Assembly (NCBI RefSeq): GCF_006345805.1
Contig: NC_043013.1
Span: 24,304,001 to 24,368,000 of the forward strand
DNA length: 64,000 bases
Origin: Octopus sinensis
Taxonomy: Eukaryota
Direction of reading: 5' to 3'
This document shows, piece after piece, positions 24,536 to 34,860 of the stretch. The notes beneath the pieces were generated by a model. That model was not told the origin of the DNA, did not search any database, and saw nothing but the letters and a program-made list of their open reading frames with translations. How positions within the stretch are numbered: position 1 is the stretch's first letter; each line of letters opens with the position of its first letter. The position numbers and the translations under genes are program-made.

Positions 24536-26220
24536 AGCCCTGTCTCATCCTTTTGTATGTGTGGTGGGGATGTGTGTGCGTATGTGTGTGTATCAGTAAA
24601 TAAAGTACCAGATCTTTCTGGAAGGATTCGACTGTGCTCAGGCCTGGAAAGGAATGCTCACTGCCTGGATTGCTCAAGATTCGCCATATGCAAAAATTGG
24701 TGACCCCACAACTCATTGAAGTAGTTAAGGACCCATGGTTTCAATCATTGGAATGCGGCCATGCTAGAGCAGCTACGTGGGTACCCATTTAATGCTTTTA
24801 GAATTGTTTTATCTTGTACATCTATATTATAAAATTAATAGAATCTAAAAATGGTTATTGACCAACGGATGAAAATTATTATGGGCGTAATTGCAGCAAC
24901 AGTGTAGACTGTTTTCCTAGACAATAATTTGGGAATCCTTCTAGAATCCAGTTGCAAATTGCGACTAAGAATATGTATGAACATTAGAACTTTCGCTTCC
25001 CTGACCACACCGATCATCAACTCTGAGAAAGAAATCAATATTTTCCCTTCAAGATTATCTTTGAACCTAATTTGAGTACAGTAACGATTTTTCTTTCACT
25101 TGGTGCACCGACCATATATTTTAAGTAAGTCAAACTATGTAGCTGTGAATCGTACTGCTGTCAAAAACAATAGTAGCATACTAAAGCTAACAATGGGGAG
25201 TTGTGAGTTCAAATAGCATCCGAGAAGTTTAGCAGTGTAAAAGAAGTGACAAGGGTATAATATATTTATATAGCTGCAAAGAATATTAGCAAAGTAACGG
25301 AAATAAAATCGCTTCGAATGTGAAATATCATGTCGCAGTCCCAGCTTGCAGAGAATTTGTTTACCTGTCTCTTTCTCTATGAGCTCCACCAACGACCAAA
25401 TTATTCAATTATGTTGAATCCTTGTTTAGTTGAGGAAAAGCGGATTTCATTTCTGGTAAGAATTCATGAACTTTGCTATTTTCCCATTGTGTTGATAATC
25501 TAACTCAGGTATATTACCGCTCTAGCATTCTACATTCACTTGCCTTCACGCGCAACATTCAATACCAGCATTCACTATAGCAACTCATTAGAAATTCGGT
25601 CATGTTTTGTACGTTTGAACTCACAGCCAAACTCTTTTTCCGTTGTCCTGCTCAGTCGAAACGACAACACACCGTTTTAATCTAAAAATTCTGCATTGAC
25701 CTAATCCTACACTGTATTCCCTTAAGTTTCGGACCAGTTACTACAGAACTAAAATAAGGCAAACACTACAACGAAGGAACTCTCGCAAAGCATAAAAATT
25801 GGGAAGACTTGTTCAAAAACGTGACTGTTGTGATTATTTTCGAGTCTGTGTTAAAATATAACAATCTTTATAAATAATGTTACAGGTCTGTTGTTTCATT
25901 GCAAATCTTATCCTAATGGAATATCTAGCCAACCAGTTTAAATATTCCATGAGAATAAATTTGTAATGAAATAGCTGGTCTTGTATTTTCTTATGACAAA
26001 GACAGATTTGTAAAACCTAATAATTTAATAGTCACACGACTGAGTTGATAGTTCCATTGATTTTCTTTTTGCATTGCAATTCTGATACAGGTGACTGAAA
26101 GCCTGAGCAAAGAGGGTTTGGCTTGGGTTAATACAGGATCTGAAAAGCGGAGAAAGGAAACTAAGTATGGTAACAATGATTTCATGCTAAATCTAAAAAC
26201 GACTCCTGTATTGATAATCC

Positions 26221-26427
26221 TTTCTGCTATAGGCACAAGGCCTGAAATTCAGAGGAGGGGGCTAGTCGATTACATCTACCCCAGTGCATAGCTGGTACTT
26301 ATTTCATCGACCTCGAAAGGATGAAAGGTAAAGTGGACCTCGGTGGAATTTGAACTCAGAACATAAGGACGAAATACTGCTCAGCGTTTCGCCCGGCATG
26401 CTAACGATTCTGCCAGTTCGCCGCCTT
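26221..26427 (-). mobile_element. SINE family B
   Basis: Reverse complement of the head ggcggcga(a)ctggcagaatcgttagc and of the conserved core. Confidence 0.88.
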
Positions 26428-27303
26428 AACACCCGAGTTAATAATAAAATCAATCAATAGTGCAGGGACACTGGTATACTTGATGTCGTGAACCAAGAAT
26501 TATTCATTTTAAATTACATCGATATTGATGTGTAAAATACATTCTCTTAATGACTAATTCTGGTCAAAGAAGACAAAGGAGACAATCTCGGAATCAAAAT
26601 TAATTTAAATTAAATAAAATATAGAATTAGTGAGAAGGGAATCTGATCATTGTCATTACAGTGAACAACCTGAAAGTGTTTCAACTTTATCAGATCTCTT
26701 CAGCTAATCTAAATGTTTTGGAAGATCTTAGATGGACTAGAAAAAATCGAAGATATTACTGAAATCTTTAACATAAACAGAACAGCGCCAGTGTTACACT
26801 ATCAACAACCTTAACAATGGATCGAAGTAGAAGACATAATTCTACGAATCCCAATAATTATCTAAAAATCTCGTATGTATACATACATGCATGCATGCAT
26901 GTGTGTATGTTCTAAGTTGCAAGCTACAGTTTTGTGTCTGAAACATTGTATAGGGGCGACTCTTTTAAGGAAAAGGTTAGAGTGGCTGTTTGTGTGTGTG
27001 TGTGTGTGTGTGTATGTATGCGTGTTTATATATATGTAGACGCGGACAAGAGCGGATAAAGCTAGTTCCCAACGTTATGTGTGGAAAATTGTAACCCTGT
27101 GGAGACTGTATTTAAAGCAGGAGAAATAATATTAGCCATTGATGACTTTTTTTCCTTCTTCACATAATTATTTCTAATTAGCCATTTAATGCCTCCTGAA
27201 TTGAAGATGTTAACACTTTGACTTAATTACAAACTAGTTTATTCAGTCACACAGCTGGGAAAATACCTTGTTCTGCTCCACCTCTCTCCTCTCTCATATA
27301 TAT

Positions 27304-27350
<47 letters not shown>

Positions 27351-27356
<6 letters not shown>

Positions 27357-28282
27357 ATATAATAAATAAATAAAATATATGCATACTTACATCTACATGT
27401 ATATATACATGCATATATATATATGAGTACAGGACACCACAAATAAACGTAGAACACAACGAGAGACGAGAACATAAAATCAAACAAGGAAACGGACTTT
27501 TTTTAAACAACGAAAAAACAGAGTACAGGACAAACAATACAAGGAAAATTCCCCTTCATCAGCTGTCCCTGGTTCGACTCAAAGTGTGTTTCGAAGGTAA
27601 GGACAGAACACAGTCGAAGCAGTCCTTCCTGCAAAAGGAATTAAATAAAATTCTTTTGCAGAGGGGTAAAACAAGTGACAAAAACAGGACGTAAAAGCAA
27701 TACAAATGAAGAAAAAACAATACAAATGAAGAAAAAACAGTACAAATAAAGAAACAGTACAGGGAACAGACAATAAAGGCTTTTTTTGCCTGGACGGTGG
27801 AAAAATTAGTTAGAACGCATGTGAAAAATCGGAGACGAAGGACAGAAGTCGATCTATACTTGTTGAAGGACGAAGCTGAAAGAAAGTTTTAGCAACCCTC
27901 TGGTCAGGAGGAGGAGGAGAAGGAGGAGATAGAGAGAGAGAGAGAGGGGAAAGAAACCAGAAAGGGTGAAAAATAAGGAGAGAGACAAGTAGAGAGAAAG
28001 ACAGACAGACAGACAGGGAGGAAAGGTCAAAGAGTGCGCGTCGTGATGATTCAAATAAAAACTTGGAGAAGAGAAATAACGCGTGTGTTCGGTCATATAG
28101 CAGTATAATAATTAAATAAAATATATGCATATATACATACATATATGTACATACTTACATCTACATGTATATATACATGCATATATATATATATATATAT
28201 ATATGAGTACAGGACACCACAAATAAACGTAGAACACAACGAGAGACGAGAACATAAAATCAAACAAGGAAACGAACTTTTT
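27351..28282 (-). mobile_element. ~930 bp non-coding element with terminal direct repeats (pLTR/retrozyme-like)
   Basis: 27351-27502 recurs at 28097-28282; the core atatgagtacaggacacc...aaacaaggaaacg is offset by exactly 780 bp. (TA)n tracts flank it and it contains a hammerhead-like motif. Confidence 0.7.
27551..27612 (-). ncRNA. Candidate non-circularly permuted (pseudoknotted) hammerhead ribozyme
   Basis: Minus strand reads tgtGT-T-ctgtcctt-ac-cttc-GAAAcaca-(14 nt)-agggacag-CTGATGA-a-gggg. All core nucleotides are canonical. Stems I (8 bp), II (4 bp) and III (5 bp) form only with strand order NUH, GAAA, CUGAUGA. Confidence 0.6.
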
Positions 28283-28283
28283 A

Positions 28284-28320
<37 letters not shown>

Positions 28321-28349
28321 TATATATAATGTAAGTATACGTGTATAAC

Positions 28350-28567
28350 ATACGTGGCTTTACTCTGCGTGCTTTAGCTTCGTTACTACGGCAACTGTCC
28401 GGATACTTATTGATCAGGCCTCGTATTCCCCTCTCAGACTGACACACTTATTGAAGCGGGACTTCAGCTTTTCTAAGCCCCGTAAAAGATCTCCGATGGT
28501 TAAGCCTCCCAAAACAGGCCTTTCACAATACTCTTGAAGCCAGAAATTTTTCAGCACCCACCTCGTA
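28350..28567 (-). mobile_element. Two abutting mariner-type fragments
   Basis: TIR-like ends ...tattgatcaggcctcgta (~28425) and ...aagccagaaatttttcagcacccacctcgta (28567). The second belongs to the same family as 57738-57952. Confidence 0.65.
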
Positions 28568-28738
28568 CGTATGTATCAAAAAGCTAATCTTTCCAAAGTA
28601 GAGAATAAAAATAATTTGTCTGCAATTAATATGAGAGTATGGCAGATACACAAAGAATCGGTGATAAGGCAGTCTTAAAATAGTTACAAAGAGAGTCTTC
28701 AAAACAGTTTGTTTATATTTTAACATTTTTTATTTGTA

Positions 28739-28940
28739 GGGCGGCGAGCTGGCAGAACCATTAGCACGCTGGTCAAAATGCTTAGCAGGATTTTATCTGT
28801 CTTTATGTTCTGAGATCAAATTCCGCCGAGGAAGACTTTGCCTCTCATCCTTTCCGAGCCTATAAAATAAGTTGAGCACTGGAGTAGATCGAATCGACTT
28901 GCCTACTTACTGGCCTTGTGTCAAAATTCGAAACCAACAT
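28739..28940 (+). mobile_element. SINE family B
   Basis: Head ggcggcgagctggcagaa and conserved core. Confidence 0.85.
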
Positions 28941-29019
28941 CTCTTGGTTGTTTGGGATAAGAAACACTAGTGTAGGTCGCCATGGTTGCTAACTTGACCT
29001 ATTTTATCTACTATGTAAA

Positions 29020-29740
29020 TTACGCCAAAACGAAAGATTCTGCACGAACCCTAAGACATATTCTTGGGGACAATTGCTACATTTGTGGTCAAGAATAATT
29101 TTATTTCTCGGTTCAGGTCCTGATATTTTTAAATTTCTTTGGTATGTACTCTGTTATTATATGGTATTGCTAAGTCTTACACTGTTTCTTTTGTCCTCTA
29201 CAATCATATTTAGTCCTCTTGCGTCAATAGTATGATCAGTCTTTATGAAAGAAGTGTCATAAAATTCTGTAATTCCAAATCTTTTTCACAGCTTCTGGCT
29301 CGTTCTTTATACCTCTTTTTTTGTTATTTTGAAGCCACACAATAAACTAATATCCCAATGCACTCTTTTACCTACACAGTCATGCCCGCGCTTATACTCC
29401 TTTTGTGCTAGTATACTGCACTCATTCAAGAATAACTGATACTTACGTCTCCTTTCCTGGAGATTCTACATTCGCTATCTGACTAAGTTTTGTCGATCTT
29501 TGCCCTTATCAGTCTTGTTCTGGTGGTTTGTTCCCGAGCGATTTACGATTAAGATTTCAGTCTTTCGTTTCTAGTTCCTGACTGTCAGCCAAACACAGCG
29601 TTCTTCACTTCTAAACATCGTCTGTTTGTTGCATGAATTGGCTTTGTAATTCCATCTCTTTCCATTTGTTTGTTCTATTGTTCTTCCCTCGGTTCTTGCA
29701 TTCCCCTCTTGTTACAGTAACTTTTTGAACGTTTCTAGCT
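29020..29740 (-). pseudogene. Decayed Dong/R4-type non-LTR retrotransposon fragment (zinc knuckle and restriction-like endonuclease)
   Basis: Minus strand translates to IDKT..SECRI...LNECSILAQKEYKRGHDCVGKRVHWDI...KTDHTIDARGLNMIV...KYQDLNREIK, covering the RHD and PD-(D/E)xK region. Confidence 0.75.
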
Positions 29741-29749
29741 GTCGAATTT

Positions 29750-29792
<43 letters not shown>

Positions 29793-29856
29793 CTACTACA
29801 ACTACTACAACTACTACTGCTGCTGCTGCTTGAAAATGTCATTCATTGGAGTACCT

Positions 29857-30079
29857 ATTTCTTTACTACCCACAAGGGGCTAAACACAAACAAGGACAGA
29901 CAAACGGATTAAGTCGATTATATCGACCCCAATGCGTAACTGGTACTTATTTAATCGACCCTGAAAGGATGAGAGGTAAAGTCGACCTCGGCGTAATTTG
30001 AACTCAGAACGTAGCGGCAGACGAAATACCGCTTAGCATTTCGCCCGGTATGCTAACGTTTCTGCCAGCTCGCCGCCTT
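29857..30079 (-). mobile_element. SINE family B, full length with TSD
   Basis: 15 bp TSD ttcattggagtacct at 29842-29856 and 30080-30094. Confidence 0.93.
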
Positions 30080-31659
30080 TTCATTGGAGTACCTGCCCAT
30101 GAGAAAGTTGCTTGGAGATTTTGATCTGACACCCGGATGCAAACAAGACGGGTTTGCCTTCACCAACTTCATATTTCATTTGCTTTCACCTTTTGATGAC
30201 GCGTTACACAAAAATCTCTGCTAGATTCTCAACAAAGCGAAAATAAGAGATCACAAAACAAAGAAAAAAGGCCGCAAAAAATTATACCAAAGAATAGACG
30301 TTCACAACAAAAAGGAAAAAAAAAGAAGAATACTTAAATGTCCATATATGGACATTTAATGGAAAAAAAGAAATTCTGTCGAACGGTTTAACAAATATTT
30401 TGAATGTTAGCAGTAATAACAATATTGCATTTAGAAGTAGTGTTAAATAAACCAGTTTTGTCTCTATCATTATAAACAGACTAAATTGACAAAGTTCTCA
30501 GGGAAAAGAATCAACTGACCGTATTTCTGCACTTTAGGATCTAATGTAAGAAAAGGCAAAGAGAAAATAACATATTTGTGCATTATGATGGATGGCGGTG
30601 GTTTCTAATTCCTGTCGAAATAGCATTTGAGAGAAGAACTACAGGAAATTCTTGTCTCGTTTGGAGGAGTAACGGTTATATTACTGCTATACCTTTAGGA
30701 TTGAAGACTCAGCCAAAATAATGGCTGAAATAGTTAAAATCTTACCAATACGCCTCTGTGGTTTTGACAGAGAAATACAGAAATGACGATGAGAGGCACT
30801 GGAAGCGGTGTAGACCAGTGGCTGGTCGCTAGTTTTTCTTCTTCCTGTATCGCAGTAGGGATGGGTAAAGGTTAGGGAAGGGATTACGAGAAGCAACATG
30901 TGATTAGGAAGGGCCAAGATGCGTTTTCAAATCGTAATGAGCTCCGAAGCCCATAAGGTCAAACCAGAGCTAAGCTCACCTGAGAGCATGAAACAAAGGG
31001 CGGAGCAAAGCCTAGATTTTATACATTTCTTGGTAAAGACTACTTGATAGTCTTTTTTTACACGAAGAAGGGAAAGCTAAGGCAGATGAAGGCAGCAAAG
31101 CGCAACTGAGGAAGCAACAAAATCAGCAGGCCCCAGTTTCCTGAACACAGTCAATCGTAGCTCCACAAATAATTGGGGTGATCACTTCATGTCTGGCTCT
31201 GGAAACGAGTAGACAGCCTATCCCCGGCAACTGTAGTAAGCAGCAACAACAACCAGTCGTTCTTGGTGACCTGGAGATGCAGAAGGAACCAGAACAAACC
31301 CTCGCTGAAAAGATAAGAAGAAAAAATATCTATCCTCAAAAAAAAGTGTAAACACAACAAAAGACAACGAAAGCTACGAGAGGGTTTCACTTCTCCAGGG
31401 AAACGTCAGGGAATTTACAGTAATACAAATGAATATTTATGAATATATCAAAACACTTTAGGATATTCATAAACTGTCCTACATCCAAAATACTGACAGT
31501 GACTTTGGATGCATCGAAAGAAGTAAAATGAAGGGTAGGGTGATTGGGAGTCCGCTCCAACCCTGTCTGTGGGTTCCCGGTCGAGCGTGGGTCACTAGAA
31601 ATGCTTTACATGTTTTTCAAATTTATATTCTACTTATTGTATGATTATTTTATATTTAT

Positions 31660-32306
31660 TTCATTATCTGGAGGTATCTGCCGCGTTCGAGACAAGCTCT
31701 AGAGAGACGGAAGTGCTGTCAGACGGACCTGTCCGAAATGTGTGCAGGGTGATGAAACCGTCATGCATTCTTTCGTCCAGTGTCCGGGCATCATTGTCTT
31801 GTGGAGCTTTGTGGAAAAGGTGTTGATGCGTGTAGGACGGATCCGATTATCAGCCGAGTCCATCGTGAAGATCGCCCCGTCGCCTTCTTCTGTCTGGTGG
31901 AATTGGTGAACGAGACTGAAAGGACTGAACAAAAATACTTCCCTCTTCAGCCAAGCCCCCATCCACTTTTTTCAAGTTCCTCTTCAAAAGGAAAGTGAGA
32001 GTGGAAGGGAAGTTCTGCCCCAGTATTTTTGTTGAAAGGTGGGTGAATCTCGCGAAGATGGCCTATTCTGAACATTCACGTGTAAACCGGAAGAGTTGTG
32101 AAGGAGAGGCACCTGCTGAGGTGCACCAGGCGGTTGGAACAACCAGGATGTGTGGGGTTCATCGGTTGCCCATGGGATGAAACCCCGCCTTTTATTGTTT
32201 GTTATTGTTAATTGTTATTTTTTCACACGACTTTGTAGTAAACCCCACTTGTCCCTTGTGTTGTATTGTTTCTGTGTTTTGTGTTCGGTTCTTGTGACCA
32301 ATAAAC

Positions 32307-32310
<4 letters not shown>
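31660..32310 (+). pseudogene. Tx1/L1-type LINE 3' end
   Basis: CPKCVQGDETVMHSFVQCP is an ORF2 CCHC zinc knuckle. AATAAA at ~32300 is followed by (tta)n. Confidence 0.75.
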
Positions 32311-32341
<31 letters not shown>

Positions 32342-32361
32342 TATTATTATTATTATTATTA

Positions 32362-32856
32362 AGGCGGCGAGCTGGCAGAGACGTTAGCACGCCGGGCGAA
32401 ATGCTTACCGGTATTTCGTCTGCCGCTATGTTCTGAGTTCAAATTCCGCCGAGGTCGACTTTGCCTTTCATCCTTTCGGGGTCGATAAATTAAGTACCAG
32501 TTACGCACTGGGGTCGTTTGTCTGTCCTTGTTTGCGTTTAGTCCCTTGTGGGTAGTAAAGAAATAGGTATTTTGTTTATCTCTACATTCTGAGGTCGACT
32601 TTGCCTTTCATCCTTTCGGGGTCGATTAAGTAAGTACCAGTTATGCACTGGGGTCGATATAATCGACTTAATCCGTTTGTCCTCTCTATGTTTAGCCCCT
32701 TGTGAGTAGTAAAGAAATAGGTATTTCGTCTGTCTCTACATTCTGTGGTCGACTTTGCCTTTCATCCTTGAGGGGTCGATAAAATAAGCATCAGTGAAAC
32801 ATTGGGGTCGATGTAATCGACTAATCCCCTCCCCCAAATTTCAGTTCTTGTGCCTC
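32362..32856 (+). mobile_element. Cluster of three head-to-tail SINE B bodies
   Basis: One full head, then the gtcgactttgcctttcatcc core three times (~32455, ~32594, ~32748). Confidence 0.9.
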
Positions 32857-34068
32857 ATCGTCGTTGTCATCATCACCTCCAACGTTTCATCACCAAAATG
32901 TTAACACAAAGCTTGCATTTTTTTCTTTGATAAAAAAACAAATTATTTTTCTCTTTCTTTCTACTGATTCGACGAACTGCTCGGCGGCCCCTACACGGCA
33001 GTTAATTCCCGCTTGGGAAACACTAGCTGAAGGCATCGTTTGTACATTCTCTATTGCTATTTCTATATATAAACTATAAACCTGCATTTAATTAGAAAAT
33101 GGCTTGTAAGCTTAGTTCAAATAGTTTATTAACAGCACCAACAGAAGGTGACTGGTCTGGCCGACTCCTGTTTCTCATTTTGAATTCTCTCAGATATTTT
33201 TAACCTGAGCTAAATATATCTGAAAGTACATCATCTGGGATTTAGTTATTCGCCGTCTTCATTGCTTTCTTTTTGAAATGCATTAAACATACGGAATCCC
33301 TAGCAGATGAGAGTAATTCAAACTGGGGATTGATATGTAGTTATTCCTTATAACGCTCTAATTAAAATATCAAATAAACCATTGTGTTTTTACGAGACAT
33401 GAGCGATGATTATTTAAATTTATTGCATAAGTTTGATGGCTTGATCAAAGTATGTTCTGTTTGATTTACAGACCACTCGCCTTCATGTAATCTTTCTGGT
33501 ATGTGTGTAACACATTTTTTTTTATCAGTTTCGGAGTCACCTCATTGATCCTTTACATCCACGTGACTTCAAGATACGTTAGTAGTATACAACCAGACAA
33601 AATCCTGACACTGTCAACGAAATGTAGCTTAGTTTATCTGAATTTTATTCTTTCAAACAGAAAGAGTAAAACCCGCACGAAGCAAAGAATTTAGTTTTGG
33701 TCGGTGAAGTCAGGATCTCGTTTTCCGGTTGGTTGGAAGATATATCGAAGAAACGAATTCCGGGCTTTTAAACAATCAAGTTGGCGCTTTGTTCTGTCTC
33801 TGCCCAGTCTTTTCAAATGCTGTCGTCTGCCAGCAGGGGATTCCCCGTTTATCGATTAGGGCTGTAAAAAGTACATGCGGACTGTAAGCGGCCTAAGAGC
33901 GGAGATTCCCTGTTTCGCTCGTTAGGTCCACCAGGTTTGCCAACCGGACCGGTCTAAGAACGATAACTCGTTTAGGGCTGAGGCAGTGTATATTTTATCT
34001 ACAGATTAACTGGCCGTCACGGTTTTCTACCTCCAGTTTGAAGAGAGGTTATATGCTGGCGGCCATTT

Positions 34069-34128
34069 GAGTCTGACGAGTCGTCTATAAAGCTAAACAC
34101 TTTATGGATGCGAAACCATTGATCAGTC
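34069..34128 (+). ncRNA. Type I hammerhead-like motif, partly degenerate
   Basis: CTGACGA at 34073-34079, a ~12 bp stem II (gtcgtctataaag/ctttatggatgc) and GAAAC at 34112-34116, then cattgatcagtc. Stems I and III are imperfect. Confidence 0.5.
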
Positions 34129-34150
34129 TATGACCGGACATATAGCTAAA

Positions 34151-34194
<44 letters not shown>

Positions 34195-34394
34195 TATATA
34201 TATATATAGGTTATGAGAGGTAATGGTGTCAGTGCAACCCAAAGGTGTCAGGTAATGCTGAATAAGTGCTATGGATAGACCATAGTTAAGTTCCAGGTTC
34301 GGTAATTATGCGAATAAGGGGTCTCATTCCTCCACTTCACTCTCTATTTCGTATCTTATTTAAATTAACTATTGCTTAGTCATCTTCTCACACT

Positions 34395-34442
34395 GTCTCC
34401 GATGAAGGGATATAATAAATATCTTAGAAACAGCTGTAAGAC
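34395..34442 (+). ncRNA. Minimal type I hammerhead ribozyme (PLE-type) in a ~290 bp element between (TA)n tracts
   Basis: gtct-CCGATGA-a-gggatat(aataa)atatctt-a-GAAAC-AGCT-GTA-agac. Stem I is gtct/agac and stem III is the palindrome ACAGCTGT; U4C variant core. Confidence 0.65.
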
Positions 34443-34500
34443 TTATTTACAAATGTTCTAAAATCTACACAGCCTTGGTTTTTTTTTATCTCATTACGGA

Positions 34501-34504
34501 ATAT

Positions 34505-34602
<98 letters not shown>

Positions 34603-34644
34603 CATACACACACACACACCACACACACACATATATATATACAT

Positions 34645-34699
<55 letters not shown>

Positions 34700-34769
34700 C
34701 CACACATATATATATATATACATACACACACATACACAAAGAGAGAAAGAGAGAGAGTGATATATACTT

Positions 34770-34810
<41 letters not shown>

Positions 34811-34860
34811 TATATATATATACACCACACGCGCGCGCACGTGTACATTTATATATATAT
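34501..34860. repeat. Compound (TA)n/(CA)n microsatellite
   Basis: Seen directly; it is the source of the spurious YIYI/CVCV ORFs. Confidence 0.95.

Noticed and set aside
26091-26164. Possible small exon (polypyrimidine...tacag|GTGACTG...ctaa|gtatgg, VTESLSKEGLAWVNTGSEKRRKET)
   Set aside because: Splice signals are only moderate and I recognise no homology; it cannot be supported without RNA-seq.
32362-32856. Repeat-spacer-like periodicity suggestive of a CRISPR array
   Set aside because: Eukaryotic context; the units are SINE bodies and the intervening sequences are homologous, not unique spacers.
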